From contig CAVVPN010000011.1 in assembly GCA_963750165.1 (NCBI GenBank), positions 1,824,001 through 1,888,000 of the forward strand: a DNA stretch of 64,000 nucleotides. Direction: 5' to 3'. Both the position numbers and the translations under genes were made by a program. Source of the stretch: an uncultured Gemmataceae bacterium. Lineage in GTDB: Bacteria; Planctomycetota; Planctomycetia; Gemmatales; Gemmataceae. Within the stretch, counting starts at the first letter, position 1. Every line of letters begins with the position of its first letter. The notes below the pieces were generated by a model. It was not told where the DNA came from. It worked only from the letters and a program-made list of their open reading frames with translations, and made no database searches. This document shows, piece by piece, positions 19,757-31,100 of the stretch.

Positions 19757-20356
19757 TTATTTGCCGGTCGTGCTGCCGATCTTGTCGCTGACCTTGTTAA
19801 ACGTCTTCTGGGACTGGACGGCCGGGCCGCCGACCATGGCTTCCACTTCCCGTGGATCGATTGCGTCCAGGGCGAGAACCAGCGCCCGCAGGCACGGGTC
19901 GCTACCGAGGGCGTCCAGTTGCCGACGGTGGTTGGCGAGTTCCTGGCGCTTCTCTTCGAGCTGGCGGCGCAGATCGGCGATGATCTCGTCCTTGGTGAGT
20001 TTGCGCGGCGGCGCAGAGCCGCTGATGGTATTGCCGACGAAAGTGAACTTTCTGTTCGCGTTGACGCCCAGGTGCGTGAGCAGCAATTCCCAGGCGCGCT
20101 CCTTCAGCGCCAGTTTCAACTCGCCGACGGCCGACTTCGCGCCCGGGCCAATCGCCTTGAGGGCCTCGGCAGCCTCGGTGCGCGTGGCGGTGTCCTTGTC
20201 GCGCAGCCGTTGCGCCCACTGGCTGACGGTTTTGCCCTTGAACTGGGCTTCCGCGGCAGGCTGCTTCTCCGTCTTGTCACCCTGCGAGTTGCCGGCCGGA
20301 GCCTGGCCGCAGCCGGCCGCCAGCAACACGACACCGAACACAAGCCATTTGCGCAT
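19757..20356 (-). CDS. Lipoprotein with HEAT-like repeat
   Basis: Lipobox LLAAGC; FKGKTVSQWAQRLRDKD...AAEALKAIGP. Confidence 0.75.
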   Translation of the reverse strand: MRKWLVFGVVLLAAGCGQAPAGNSQGDKTEKQPAAEAQFKGKTVSQWAQRLRDKDTATRTEAAEALKAIGPGAKSAVGELKLALKERAWELLLTHLGVNANRKFTFVGNTISGSAPPRKLTKDEIIADLRRQLEEKRQELANHRRQLDALGSDPCLRALVLALDAIDPREVEAMVGGPAVQSQKTFNKVSDKIGSTTGK

Positions 20357-20419
20357 AGCGTCTCCCCAGAAGGAAAGTGGGCGGGGAGGATTTCCACCGC
20401 CGTTCGGGGGAAACATAGC

Positions 20420-21298
20420 TTATTTTTTCGCCTCAAACAGCTCCGGCCGCAGCGTAAAGGCGACCGTCGCCGCCCCGGCTGCGGGAATTGTCACGCCCTG
20501 CGTCTGTGTCACCGCCAGCCGGAAGCGCAGCCGCAACACCAGGGCCGTTTCCGGGTCGCGATCCCGGCCCAGCTCGCGCCAGTTCGGGTGCCAGCACACC
20601 ACCTCATACGTCCCCGGCGGCACCTGTTCCAGCACAAAGTCGCCGTGCGCGTCGGTGCGGGCGTAATAAGGGTGGTCGTCCACGAACAGGTGGCCGCGCA
20701 TCCAGAAATAGCCGGCGGCGCTGGCGCATTCGCTGTGGCCGGTTTTCGTCAGCGCCCGGCGCAGCGGTTGGTCGGGGTCGGGGAAGGTGAGCGTGAAGAA
20801 CGCCGCCCCGCTCAGGTGCAGCGCGTGAAAGCGCGGTTCGCGCGACACCAGCTCGACCTCGTTGCCGCGGCGCACGAAGCCGACAGTAGAGGTGACCGGG
20901 CCCTGTACCACGAAGAGCATACGGTCGCGCTGCTCCAGCGAAACGGCCGCGAGGTGCCACGGCCGCGCCCGGGTCGGATCAACGCCCTTGAGGTAGACGA
21001 CGGCGTTGGCGACGCCGCGGCTGGCCGGGTCGATGGCGGGCGCGTGCGGGTTGGGGCGCAGCAGCCGCGGTTGGCCGCGTTCGCCCTCGGGCACGAAGCC
21101 GGGCGCCTCGAAGGGCGGCACGTTCGGCAGGTCGCCGTCCCAGGTGACGCGGCCGCGCAGGGTGCCGGCGGTGGCGGCGTCGAAGCGGCTGGCGAGCGCG
21201 GCGGGCGGTGGGTCCGGGGTGGGGTCGGCAGGCGGCAGCGGTTCGGCGCAGCCGAGTGGCAGCAGGATGAGCGGTAACAAACGGAGGCAACGCGGCAT
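20420..21298 (-). CDS. Lipoprotein with carboxypeptidase-regulatory-like/cupredoxin-like domain
   Basis: Lipobox LPLGC; GTLRGRVTW, VANAVVYL, DHPYYARTDAHGDFVLEQVPPGTYEVVCWH. Confidence 0.8.
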   Translation of the reverse strand: MPRCLRLLPLILLPLGCAEPLPPADPTPDPPPAALASRFDAATAGTLRGRVTWDGDLPNVPPFEAPGFVPEGERGQPRLLRPNPHAPAIDPASRGVANAVVYLKGVDPTRARPWHLAAVSLEQRDRMLFVVQGPVTSTVGFVRRGNEVELVSREPRFHALHLSGAAFFTLTFPDPDQPLRRALTKTGHSECASAAGYFWMRGHLFVDDHPYYARTDAHGDFVLEQVPPGTYEVVCWHPNWRELGRDRDPETALVLRLRFRLAVTQTQGVTIPAAGAATVAFTLRPELFEAKK

Positions 21299-21392
21299 GG
21301 CACCATCCCTGATTGCGGCGTTCTCTCCATCCCTGGGAGAACGGTTGACGGAGGATGGTAACGCGATCGGCCGGTTTGTGCAACGCGGCCCA

Positions 21393-21995
21393 TTATTTCG
21401 CGGCGACGATCACCTGTTCCGTGGTCACATACTCGATCCCCAGTGCCTGCCCCTGCTCCTTCGTCTTCGCCTGGAACAGCCCCGTCGTGGGCACGTCGAT
21501 GCCGGCGCTGGCGTCCTCGACCAGCAGCACGCGCAAGCCCGCCGCGCGCAGGTCGCGGGCCACGAAGAAGCAGCAGATGTTGGTCGCGATGCCGCAGACC
21601 ACCACGGCGTTGACCCGCTCCGCGGACAGCAGCACGGCGAAGCTCGGGTGCTGAGCGGTCAGCGCGTATGCCTCGAAGTCGCGTTGAAAGCCCTTGCGCC
21701 AGATGGCGTGGAAGCGCTCGGTGCGCAGTCCCGGCAGGAACTCCGCCCCGGGCGTGCCCATGACGCAGTGCGGTGGGTAGAGGTTGTCGCGGCGGCCGAA
21801 AAAACTGCAATGGTCCGGCGGGTGCCAGTCCTGGCTGGCGTCGATGCGCTGCCACGACAGATCCAGCAGGCGGTTGATGCGCGGCACCACGTCGAGGCCG
21901 CCGGGCACGGGCAGTTCGTCGGGGCAGAGTGAGGTGAAGCCGCGCTGGACATCGACGACCAGCAGGCCCGCGCCTGGCAAAGTGAGGGGCTTCAT
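21393..21995 (-). CDS. pncA: Nicotinamidase/pyrazinamidase (isochorismatase family)
   Basis: VVDVQRGF, SQDWHPPDH, PPHCV, RKG and GIATNIC motifs. Confidence 0.85.
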   Translation of the reverse strand: MKPLTLPGAGLLVVDVQRGFTSLCPDELPVPGGLDVVPRINRLLDLSWQRIDASQDWHPPDHCSFFGRRDNLYPPHCVMGTPGAEFLPGLRTERFHAIWRKGFQRDFEAYALTAQHPSFAVLLSAERVNAVVVCGIATNICCFFVARDLRAAGLRVLLVEDASAGIDVPTTGLFQAKTKEQGQALGIEYVTTEQVIVAAK

Positions 21996-22010
21996 GATGT
22001 CGTCCCAGAG

Positions 22011-22364
22011 TCAAATGAGGGAAAATTTGCCCTGGAAGTTTGGCGGCCATACCACGGTATGCTCGCAGCCTTCTTCCTCGTTTACCATCACACTTTTGGC
22101 AATCACGGCCCGATCTAACAGGTGACGGCGCCGAAGTTCCTCCATGACCAGTTCAAGTGCCCTATCCCAGTGGGAGGCGTTGGTGTACGTGAAAATATTC
22201 ATGGTCCCGCTGCCGATGTCGCCTCCATCGACTTCCCCGCAGTCTTCGGTTGAAAAAACCTCCTGCAGCGATTCCTCGATTTCGTAACGCAAATCCATTT
22301 CGCTGTCGTCACCCCAAAACCCTGTGACGGGCAGTTGAATAATGATTCCCAGGTCATTTTTCAT
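22011..22364 (-). CDS. Hypothetical acidic protein
   Basis: GGAGG RBS; GEVDGGDIGSGTMNIF motif; lower GC than its neighbours. Confidence 0.7.
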   Translation of the reverse strand: MKNDLGIIIQLPVTGFWGDDSEMDLRYEIEESLQEVFSTEDCGEVDGGDIGSGTMNIFTYTNASHWDRALELVMEELRRRHLLDRAVIAKSVMVNEEEGCEHTVVWPPNFQGKFSLI

Positions 22365-22375
22365 GACGACCTCCG

Positions 22376-23887
22376 TCAATACGCCTTGGCGAACACGACC
22401 CGGCCCGGCGACGGTTGGCCGGTGAGGATACACTTGCCGGCCTCCTTTGATCGGTTGAACGGAATGCAGCGGATGGTCGCCTTGGTCTCGGCGGCGATGC
22501 GCTCCTCCGTTTCGCGGGTGCCGTCCCAGTGCGCCCACAGGAAGCCGCCCGGTTCGTCGATCTTCTGCTTGAACTCGTCGTAGGAGTTCACCTCAAAGCT
22601 GTTCGCGTCGCGGAATTTCAGGGAGCGCTCGAACAGGTTCTTCTGCATGTCGCGCAGCAGTTGATTGACGTGCGCCGCCGCCCCGGTCAGCGGCACGCCG
22701 AACTGCTTGCCCTCCTTGCCGGGCACGTCGCGCCGGCAGACCACGCACGCCTGCTTCTCCAGATCCTTCGGCCCCAGTTCGATGCGGATCGGCACGCCGC
22801 GCAGCTCGTACTCGGCGTAGCGGAAGCCCGGGTGCTTCTCGAAGGCGGTGTCGATCTTGACGCCCAGCGGTTCGTAGCCGAAGAAGTCGTCGCGCGGCAG
22901 CCCGCGAACCTCGGCGGCCAGTTTCTCGGCGGCGGCCACGGACGCGGCACGCTCGGCGTCGTTCTTGCCCAGCGGCACGATGACGACGTGCGTCGGCGCC
23001 AGCCGTGGCGGGATCACCAGGCCGTTGTCGTCCGAATGGGCCATGATGAGCGCTCCGATGAGCCGCGTCGAGACGCCCCAGCTGGTCGCCCACGCATACT
23101 CCAGCTTGCCGGCCGGGTCCTGGAAGCGCACGTCAAACGCCCTGGCGAAATTCTGCCCGAGAAAGTGACTGGTGCCCGCCTGCAGCGCCTTCTTGTCCTG
23201 CATCATCGCCTCGATGCAGAGCGTGTAGACGGCGCCGGGAAATTTCTGACCCTCACTCTTGGGCCCGGTGAGCACCGGCACCGCCAGCCAGTCCTCGGCG
23301 AAGGAGCGGTACACTTCCAGCATGCGGTGCGCTTCCTCCTGAGCCTCCTTCTCGGTGGCGTGGGCGGTGTGGCCCTCCTGCCAGAGAAACTCCGCGGTGC
23401 GCAGGAACAGCCGCGTGCGCATCTCCCAGCGCACGACGTTGCACCACTGATTGATGAGCAGCGGCAGATCGCGGTAGCTCTGCACCCATGTGCGGTACGT
23501 GTTCCAGATGATCGTCTCGGAGGTCGGCCGGATGACCAGCTCTTCCTCCAACCTGGCCTCAGGATCGACGATCAGGCCCTTGCCTTTTTCCGCCTTGAGG
23601 CGGTAGTGCGTGACGACGGCGCACTCCTTGGCGAAGCCCTCGGCCATCTCCTCCTCTTTCGCGAGGAACGACTTGGGGATGAACAGCGGGAAGTAAGCGT
23701 TGACGTGGCCGGTGTCCTTGAACATGCGGTCGAGGGCGCGCTGCATGCGCTCCCAGAGGGCATAGCCGAGCGGCTTGATGACCATGCAGCCGCGCACGTC
23801 GGAATTCTCCGCCAGCCCGGCCTCCTTGACGATGTCCAGATACCACTGCGCATAATCGTCGGCGCGGGGCGTGATCTTCTCGGCCAT
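22376..23887 (-). CDS. proS: Proline--tRNA ligase (archaeal/eukaryotic type)
   Basis: [50 protein letters not shown]-terminal FAKAY. Confidence 0.98.
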   Translation of the reverse strand: MAEKITPRADDYAQWYLDIVKEAGLAENSDVRGCMVIKPLGYALWERMQRALDRMFKDTGHVNAYFPLFIPKSFLAKEEEMAEGFAKECAVVTHYRLKAEKGKGLIVDPEARLEEELVIRPTSETIIWNTYRTWVQSYRDLPLLINQWCNVVRWEMRTRLFLRTAEFLWQEGHTAHATEKEAQEEAHRMLEVYRSFAEDWLAVPVLTGPKSEGQKFPGAVYTLCIEAMMQDKKALQAGTSHFLGQNFARAFDVRFQDPAGKLEYAWATSWGVSTRLIGALIMAHSDDNGLVIPPRLAPTHVVIVPLGKNDAERAASVAAAEKLAAEVRGLPRDDFFGYEPLGVKIDTAFEKHPGFRYAEYELRGVPIRIELGPKDLEKQACVVCRRDVPGKEGKQFGVPLTGAAAHVNQLLRDMQKNLFERSLKFRDANSFEVNSYDEFKQKIDEPGGFLWAHWDGTRETEERIAAETKATIRCIPFNRSKEAGKCILTGQPSPGRVVFAKAY

Positions 23888-24081
23888 GCTTGACTCCGTG
23901 TCGGGAAAAGGCTTCTCCCGGATTATAGCGGGCGGCGCACTGCGGGGGAGGGCTCGATGTCCCTTCTGGATGGACACTGCCGCGGCCCGGCGGGTGCGCG
24001 CCGATCACGGCGGCCTTGATCCAGATACAAGAGCGGTTTACACTTGAGGTGGGAAATCCAGGGACGGACAGGGCCGACGCA

Positions 24082-24486
24082 ATGGCATCCGTAATCACAC
24101 CCGTCGCCAAGAAAGTCTACGTTTGTGACAGCCTTGTCCGGGACCCAAATTCGGGCAAGGTAAGTCTCTTGAACTTGTGGCACACCGTGCGGGTTCCCGT
24201 CGGGAACGCGTTCCCGTACCCGCTGGCCCGAATATGCGTGTTTGCCTGGCTCCGAGACGGGTTAGGACAGATGAACGCCCGTGTGGATGTGGTGCAGGCG
24301 TCCACGGGAGACGTGATCCGCAGAACGAACGACTATCCGCTTCACTTTCCGGCAAAGCGCGTCAACCTCTTTTTCCGCCTGGACGTTGAGCAGTGTGTCT
24401 TTCCAGAGCCGGGTGAGTACCTCGTCGAGCTTTTTTGCCGGGATGAGTTCGTTGATGACCAGGTGATCCAACTGATTTCCGAGTGA
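24082..24486 (+). CDS. DUF6941-like hypothetical protein
   Basis: VCDSLVRDPNSGKVSLLNLW...FPEPGEYLVELF. Confidence 0.7.
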   Translation: MASVITPVAKKVYVCDSLVRDPNSGKVSLLNLWHTVRVPVGNAFPYPLARICVFAWLRDGLGQMNARVDVVQASTGDVIRRTNDYPLHFPAKRVNLFFRLDVEQCVFPEPGEYLVELFCRDEFVDDQVIQLISE

Positions 24487-24995
24487 TGGGAACCGTCATG
24501 CAACCTCAAGAAGAACCCATTTTGCTGGAATTTGTCGATAGCATGGGGGTGCCCCTTCCCCCCGGTACCAAGGCCGTGCCGCGCCCGCCTGATCGACCCC
24601 GGCTGACGGGCCCAACCACTCTCTCGGCCCATGCGACATTTCAATCCTTCGAGGATAAGGGCGTCGAGCTACCGCCGGGCACCCCGGCACAGCCACGGCC
24701 TCCGGGGCAGTCGCCTCTCCGTTCAGCGGATGCGGGGCAACCTCCTTCAACCGGAGGGACAGGTCCGGCCAACGGGTTACACGCCCGGGAAGCCGAGGAG
24801 TTGCTCGCCTTCGGGGAATGTCTGCGACAGGCATTCCCCAAGGGCGAGGAATGGGAGCGCCTGGCCTTTCAGGCATTTTTGCAGGGAGCAAGCCCGGCAC
24901 AAATCGCCGGCCAACTCCAGATCCCGGAACCCACCGTAACGGCTGCTCTGTGCCGGCACCTGCGCACGCTACGGAACCTGGCGAAGGATCGATGA
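24486..24995 (+). CDS. Hypothetical protein with duplicated Pro-rich motif and C-terminal sigma-region-4-like HTH
   Basis: TGATG overlap with the upstream stop; GVxLPPGTxAxPRPP twice; GASPAQIAGQLQIPEPTV. Confidence 0.55.
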   Translation: MGTVMQPQEEPILLEFVDSMGVPLPPGTKAVPRPPDRPRLTGPTTLSAHATFQSFEDKGVELPPGTPAQPRPPGQSPLRSADAGQPPSTGGTGPANGLHAREAEELLAFGECLRQAFPKGEEWERLAFQAFLQGASPAQIAGQLQIPEPTVTAALCRHLRTLRNLAKDR

Positions 24996-25044
24996 GATGG
25001 ACCGCACGAAGGCAGGGATTTGCTCCGCGGGTTCAACTCCCGCA

Positions 25045-25093
25045 ACCCCGTTCACGTTTCGCAGGCTTGAAGCGCGCGAAACGTGAACGGGGT
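25045..25093. repeat. REP-like palindrome (18-bp arms) between convergent genes
   Basis: accccgttcacgtttcgc / gcgaaacgtgaacggggt. Confidence 0.75.
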
Positions 25094-25110
25094 CAGCGCG
25101 GGCCAGCCGT

Positions 25111-25959
25111 TTACAGACCCAGGCGGCGCACGAACTTCTTCCACAGCGCCCCGGCGAGCCGCCGCGCCGGCACCCGCAGCAGTTCCGCCTCCTCCACCGC
25201 GTCCGCCTCCAAGGCGTCGGCGACCACCTCCAGCGGCGACCGGCGGGCGCACAGGAACGCCCGTCGCCAGCCGTCGCGGAAGTCGTCGGCTCCGGTGTAG
25301 TCGCTGAACTGCGGCCGCAGCACCGCGGCGCGGTAGCCGAACTGCCGCACCAGATCGAGCACCGCGGCACGGCTGGGGAACATGACCAGCTCGTAATCGC
25401 AGGCGTTGCCGGGCACGTCCAGCGCGTCGCGGGCGATCTCCAGCACCGAGCCGGCGCGGCGCGACAGGTTCGTGTCGATCAGCAGCACGTCGGTGTTCAG
25501 CCGGCCGATCCACTCCAGCAGGTTGACGTGCTTGCAGACGTGGTAGAAGACGCCCAGGCACAGCACCACGTCGAAGGCGCCGAGGTCGGCGCCGGCCAGA
25601 TCGAAGACGTTGGCGTGGCGGAAGGCGTAGCGGTTGCGGTCGATACCCTTGACTTCGAAGACGAACTCCGCCTGCTCGACGTGCATGGCTCGGCCGTCGA
25701 TGCCGAGCACGAAATCGCAGTCCGCCTCGACGGCCGCCAGCGACCAGAAGCCGGCGTTGCAGCCGAGGTCCAGCACGCGCTTGCCGCGCAGCGAGCCGCC
25801 GCACAAACGCAGCAGCGGTGGCCAGAAGTAGTCCTTGCGCTGGCGATGGCGGTTGGCGATGGGGCGGTCGTAGATGGGCGTGGTGTGGCCGTTCAGGTCG
25901 AATTCGTAGTGCCAGCGCGGGAAGGCGGCGATGCGGGCGGCGAGGTCGATGGTTGGCAT
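25111..25959 (-). CDS. Class I SAM-dependent methyltransferase (CmoB-like)
   Basis: VLDLGCNAGFWS, VLGID and FDVVLCLGVFYH motifs. Confidence 0.9.
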   Translation of the reverse strand: MPTIDLAARIAAFPRWHYEFDLNGHTTPIYDRPIANRHRQRKDYFWPPLLRLCGGSLRGKRVLDLGCNAGFWSLAAVEADCDFVLGIDGRAMHVEQAEFVFEVKGIDRNRYAFRHANVFDLAGADLGAFDVVLCLGVFYHVCKHVNLLEWIGRLNTDVLLIDTNLSRRAGSVLEIARDALDVPGNACDYELVMFPSRAAVLDLVRQFGYRAAVLRPQFSDYTGADDFRDGWRRAFLCARRSPLEVVADALEADAVEEAELLRVPARRLAGALWKKFVRRLGL

Positions 25960-25994
25960 GGGAACCCTCCGTGGTTGGGATTGCAGATGGATTC

Positions 25995-26270
25995 TTACGC
26001 AGGCGACTTCCATTCCCGTCCAAATTTTACGACTTCCCATCCGAACGGGGCTGCGACATACGCTTCCAATTTCTCGCCTTCTCCCAGGAAAATCACATCG
26101 CCCAGGTTGCTCGTGTATTGCTCAAAGATGTGGGCAATACTGACACCCTCCAGCACAAGTAGCCCGTGATATTCGTCAGGGAAAATAGCCCCACGCATGT
26201 CTACAAGTGAGCGGGGACGCCAACTGGCTTGCCGTTCAGGTTGGTTCAGACGAAACACAATTGCTTTCAT
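25995..26270 (-). CDS. Small hypothetical protein, low GC
   Basis: 91-aa ORF beside the IS; no recognisable motif. Confidence 0.4.
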   Translation of the reverse strand: MKAIVFRLNQPERQASWRPRSLVDMRGAIFPDEYHGLLVLEGVSIAHIFEQYTSNLGDVIFLGEGEKLEAYVAAPFGWEVVKFGREWKSPA

Positions 26271-26312
26271 TGTTCTTCAGGCATCAAGCAAATTCAGGAG
26301 CAGAGTTTCTAA

Positions 26313-27816
26313 TTCTACTGTGCAACATGATTCTAGCCGGCAGCTGACGCGGTGGCTACACTGAACGGCGGTATCTTTGTGGAGGCCGCCATGGACATCC
26401 TCGACCACCCCGACGCGCAGGCCCTGCTGAACGACGCCGAACTCTCCGCTGCTGCCGTCCGCTCCTGCGCGGACCAGTTGACCGCCTTCGCCCAGCGCTA
26501 CCTGCCCCGGTTCCACCGAGAGGAGCACCGCGGCCACGCCCTGACCGTGCTGCGCGGCAAGCTCAGCGGCCTGCAGCGCAAGACCACCGAGCCCATCGCC
26601 ACCTTGGCCGGCCTCAAGCGCCGCCCCTTGCAACTGTTCGTCGGTGGCGGCGGCTGGGACGACCAGGCCGTCCTGGGCGAGTTGCGCCGCCACATCGCCG
26701 AGGAGTTGGCCGACGACGACGCCGTCTTCGTCCTGGACCCCTCGGCGTTCCCCAAGAAGGGGGCGGCTTCCTGTGGGGTGGCCCGCCAGTGGTGCGGCCG
26801 GTTGGGCAAGATCGACAACTGCCAGGTCGGCGTCTTCCTGGCCTACGTCGCCCCGCGCGGCAAGGCCCTGCTCGACGCCCAGCTCTATCTGGACCAGGAC
26901 TGGGCCCACGACCCCAGGCGCCGCGCCGCCACGTTTGTGCCCGCGGCGGTCGCCTTCGCCGAGAAGTGGCGGGTCGGCCTGGAACTGCTGGACCGCGCCC
27001 GCGCCGACCTGCCCGGGGACTGGGTGGCTGGCGACGACGAGTTCGGCCGCTGCACGGAACTGCGGGCGGCCCTGCGGCAGCGGCGGCTCCGGTACGTGCT
27101 GGACGTGCCCTGCAACACCCTGGTGCGTGACCTGGCCGAGCGGTTGCCGCCGGCGCGCCCCGGCGGCCGGCCGCGGTTGCCGGCGTTCGAGCGCGTTGAT
27201 CGGTGGGCGGCGCGGCAGCCGGCGGGGCGGTGGCGCAAGGTGAAGGTGCGTGACGGAGCCAAGGGGCCGCAGTGGGTCAAGGTGCTGTTGGCGGCGGTGC
27301 AGACCAAGGACGAGGACGGCTGCGTGGGGCCGCGCGAACGTCTGGCGATCCTCAAGAGTTGCGAGCCCAAGCCGCAGACGTGGTACACGCTCTCCAACGC
27401 GCACCGGGCGCGGCGCGGGCAGGTGGCGCGGGTACATGGGGCGCGGCACGGGGTCGAGGAACTCTTGGCGGAGGCCAAGGGCGAGGTGGGGTTGGGACAC
27501 TACGAGGTGCGCAGCTGGGTGGGCTGGCACCACCACATGACGCTGTCGCTGTTGGCCCTGTGGTTCCTGCAGACCGAGAAGCTGCGGCTGGGGGGAAAAA
27601 CACCAGCGCTGACGGTGCCGCAGGTGCGGCAGATCTTCACGGAACTGCTGCGCGAGCCGAGCCCCAGCGCGGCCCGGGTCGCGGAGATCGTGAGCCAAGT
27701 GCTGCGGCGTAACGAGGAGGCACGCATCTACCACTGGCACAACGCGACCGGGCAGTTCCCGCCGCGTCGGCCGCGGCCGCGCGGCCGACCGAAAAGAGGA
27801 AAGTAGCACAGTAGAA
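26313..27816 (+). mobile_element. Complete IS701-family insertion sequence (1504 bp)
   Basis: Terminal IRs ttctactgtgcaac (26313-26326) / gtagcacagtagaa (27803-27816), 13/14 match; CTAA direct repeat at 26309-26312 and 27817-27820. Confidence 0.92.
26391..27806 (+). CDS. IS701-family DDE transposase
   Basis: LDPSAFPKKG..SCGVARQWCGRLGKIDNCQVGVFL, AGDDEFG, KGEVGLGHYEVRSWVGWHHH. Confidence 0.95.
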   Translation: MDILDHPDAQALLNDAELSAAAVRSCADQLTAFAQRYLPRFHREEHRGHALTVLRGKLSGLQRKTTEPIATLAGLKRRPLQLFVGGGGWDDQAVLGELRRHIAEELADDDAVFVLDPSAFPKKGAASCGVARQWCGRLGKIDNCQVGVFLAYVAPRGKALLDAQLYLDQDWAHDPRRRAATFVPAAVAFAEKWRVGLELLDRARADLPGDWVAGDDEFGRCTELRAALRQRRLRYVLDVPCNTLVRDLAERLPPARPGGRPRLPAFERVDRWAARQPAGRWRKVKVRDGAKGPQWVKVLLAAVQTKDEDGCVGPRERLAILKSCEPKPQTWYTLSNAHRARRGQVARVHGARHGVEELLAEAKGEVGLGHYEVRSWVGWHHHMTLSLLALWFLQTEKLRLGGKTPALTVPQVRQIFTELLREPSPSAARVAEIVSQVLRRNEEARIYHWHNATGQFPPRRPRPRGRPKRGK

Positions 27817-27820
27817 CTAA

Positions 27821-28130
27821 GCAGGCCGACTGGATTGCTGCCCACACCTTTTGTGGCAATAGCCGGCAACATCGACGCCACCTGGCCCATGAGGGAAAGG
27901 CTGTGTTGCCGGGCTTAGTCCGGGTTGGTGATGCTTCCTGTTTCTACGCCCTTACGATAGTTCTCGGGCACTTCCAGGATCCTCTCACCGAAGGTGAGGA
28001 GCCCCTGGTAAAGTTCGTCCATGGCCGCCGAAAACTGAGCGTTTCGGTCAGGTCCAGGCCAGACCGCGGCCAGCTGCGACATCACCGCCGATTGCGTGGA
28101 TAATAAATCAAGGAATGGAGTCCCGAGCAT
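27821..28130 (-). pseudogene. Degraded low-GC ORF interrupted by the IS701 element
   Basis: 71-aa ORF 27915..28130 stops at TAA, but the same frame continues (MGQVAS...) up to the IS end. Confidence 0.35.
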
Positions 28131-28194
28131 GGTTCATTTCTCCCGCCTGCCTCGTTGAGCAAGTCACTGTGGGAAGGAAGCCGCCGATTGTATT

Positions 28195-31100
28195 TTACCC
28201 CTTCCGCAGCGGCCCCGGCTCACCATAGCAGACGAACCCCCCCCAGCACAGCGGGTCGGCGTAGCGCGCCGCAGCGCCAGCTGGGCGTCGCGCAGCGCGT
28301 CGGCCCGCGGTTGGCCTGCCAGCAAGCGCTGGTAAAAATCCTCGAAAAACTCGCGGCGCGGCTGATCGGGCGTGCGCCACAGGCTCAGCACCAGCGTCTG
28401 CGCCCCGGCCAGCGCCAGCGCCCGCTGCAACCCCACCACCGCCCGCGCCGTGCGCCCGCGGCCCGCGCCCGTGTCCGCCAGCGACAGCGTTACCACCTGC
28501 GTCCGGCCCAGGTCCGCGCCGGCCAGGTCGCGCGCCGTCAATAGCCCATTTTCCAGGTCGGCGCCGCGGTCGTTGGCGCCGGCCAGCGCCACGCCGGCGC
28601 GGCGCAGCGGGTTCTGCCAGCGCGGCTCCGGCGGTCGCGGTCCCAGCTGGCCTGGCGTCGGCCGCGGCGGATCGCACAGCGCGAACGTCGGCGTCGCCAG
28701 GTGCAGCAGCCACGGCGCCCGACCTTCCAGCACCGTCTGCTTGCGGCCCTGCTGTCCCGTCACCAGCTGCCCCGCCGTCCGCGCCGCCACCGCCTGGCCC
28801 TCGGCGCGCGTTCCCGGCAAGCGCTCGAACAGCGGCACCTGGTCCGTCGCCCCGACAGGCTCCGCCGCCACCGGTTCGGGCCGCTCAGCCGCCCGTCCGC
28901 CGCCAAACAGCCGCGACAGCCAGCCGCCCGGCCGCGGCGGCGCCGGTGACACCGCGGATGCCTTGCCGTCGTCGTAATCGAGGTCCGCCAGCACCAGCGC
29001 CGGGCCCGCCGCCTCGCGCACCTCGCCCCAGCGCAGCACGTCTCGACCGCTGCCGACGTAGTGCAGCGTGTACTGGTCCAGCAGCGGCCGGCCGTCCTCC
29101 GCCGGCAGCGCCTCGAACGGCACATGAACCAGCTCGCCGTCCGGCGCCAGCAGCAGCCGCCGCCGACTCCCCAGCACCTCCGCCACGCGGTCGAACACCG
29201 CCGCCCGCAGCGCCCGGCCCGCCGGACTCACGTCACGACCGCCCGCCCGCTGCAACCCGGCCCGGAACTCCTGTACCAGCTGGTCGATCACCTCCGCGGG
29301 GCCGAGGTCGAACACGCGCACCTCGTCCGGCTGATCGGCCGCCAGCACAAACGCGAACGTCCGCGGCGCCTGCCAGCCGTAGCGGTCGCGCTCGAACGCC
29401 GTCGCGAAGTCAAAGGCGCGGAAGGTGACGTACTCCACCAGCGCCGCGTCTGGCGGCAGCGCCGCCGCCACCGCCCGCATGTCCACCGCTCGCAGCCGCT
29501 CCTGCAGCCCCAGTTCGCCGCCCGCCCGGTCCAGCTTCTCCAGCAGCTCCTCGCGCTCCAGGTGCCACTCCGCCAGCAACCAACGGTGCCGCTCCAGCCC
29601 CTCCGGCCCGGGACCGTTCAGCGTCTTGAGCGCGATCTGCCGTCGCAGCAACAGCAGCCGTTGCAGCTCGCCCTGCAACTGCGGATGCTGCCGCTGCCAC
29701 AGGGCCGTGCGCTGCGGTGCCAGCGCCTCGACCCACAGCGCCTTGCGGCGCAGCGTCAACTCGAACGCCTTGCGGGCCGTCTCCGCCGACGGCTTCAGCT
29801 GCACCAGCAGCAGCGTCAGCACTTTCTCGAAGTCCTCCTGCAGTACCTGCACATACGCCGCCCGCTGCCGCTCCGACTCCAGCGCGAACACCTGCGGCAC
29901 CAGCCGACCCTCCACCGCCAGCACCTGCTCCAGCAGCGCCAGCGCCTCGGCCACGCGCCCGGTCATGGCGCACAGCCCCGCCAGGCTCTGCAACGTCGTC
30001 GCGTGGTCGGGGTGGTCGTCGCCCAGCGCCTTCCGGTCGATCTGCAGCGCCTGCCGCAACAGCGGCTCCGCCTGCGCCGTCTGGCCGCGCGCCAGGTACA
30101 GTAGCGCCAGGTTGTTCAGCAGTCCCGACAGCGCCCGGTGCTCGTCGTCGTCCTTGCGCAGTAGCTCGATGGCCTGGCGGTACAGCGGCTCCGCGGCCGC
30201 GGTGTCGTCCAGCGCCCGGCACACGTCGGCCAGCCGCTGCAGGTGCGCCGCCAGAATCGGGTTGTCCTCGCCCACCGCCCGCCGCACCAGCTCCAGGTTC
30301 TGCCGCAACAGTGGCTCCGCCGCCGCCAGGTTGCCCAGCGCCTGGTGCATCCACGCCAGGCTATCGACGTGCTGGGCGTACTGGGCGCCGTGTTCGCCGA
30401 CGCCCTTGCGCGTCGCCTCCAGCGCCTCCTGGTGCAGCGCCTCCGCCGTCGCGTACTCGCCGCGGCCGAAGTGCAGCATGGCCAGGCCTGCCAGCGTGTC
30501 CGCCACCGCCGGGTGGTACTTGCCGAAGGCGCCGCGGTACACCTCCAGCGCTTGCCCGTACAGCTCCTCGGCCCGGCCCGGTTGCTCCTGCGCCTGGGCC
30601 AGCTGTCCCAGGTATGTCAGCGCTCCGGCCACGTCCGGATGGTCGTCGCCGCGCTGCTTGCGCAGGATCGCCAGTGATTCCCGCGCCAGCGCCTCGGCCT
30701 GCGGCAAATCGCCGAGCGTGCGCCGCAGCACCGACAGGTGGTACAGGTCCGCGGCGTGGGCCAGGTGATCCTCCGGCAGCGCCTGGCGATTGATGCGCTG
30801 CACCTGCCGCAGCAGCGGCTCGGCGGCCAGGTGGTTGCCCTGGTCGGCGTGCGCCCGCGCCAGGTCGCGCAGCGTCGCCGCCAGCGCCGGATGGTCCGGG
30901 CCGAACACCTGCTGCTGTGTCGCCAGCACCTGCTCCAGTTCCTGCTCCGCCTGCAAAAAGTCGCCCTTGCTCTGGTAGAACAGCGCCAGGCTGTGCTGCA
31001 CGCGCAGACTGTCTGGGTTGCGCTCGCCGTAGGCCGTGCGCAAAATCTCCAGCGCCTGGCGGAACAACGGCTCGGCGTCGGCGGGCCGGCCCAGCGCCTG

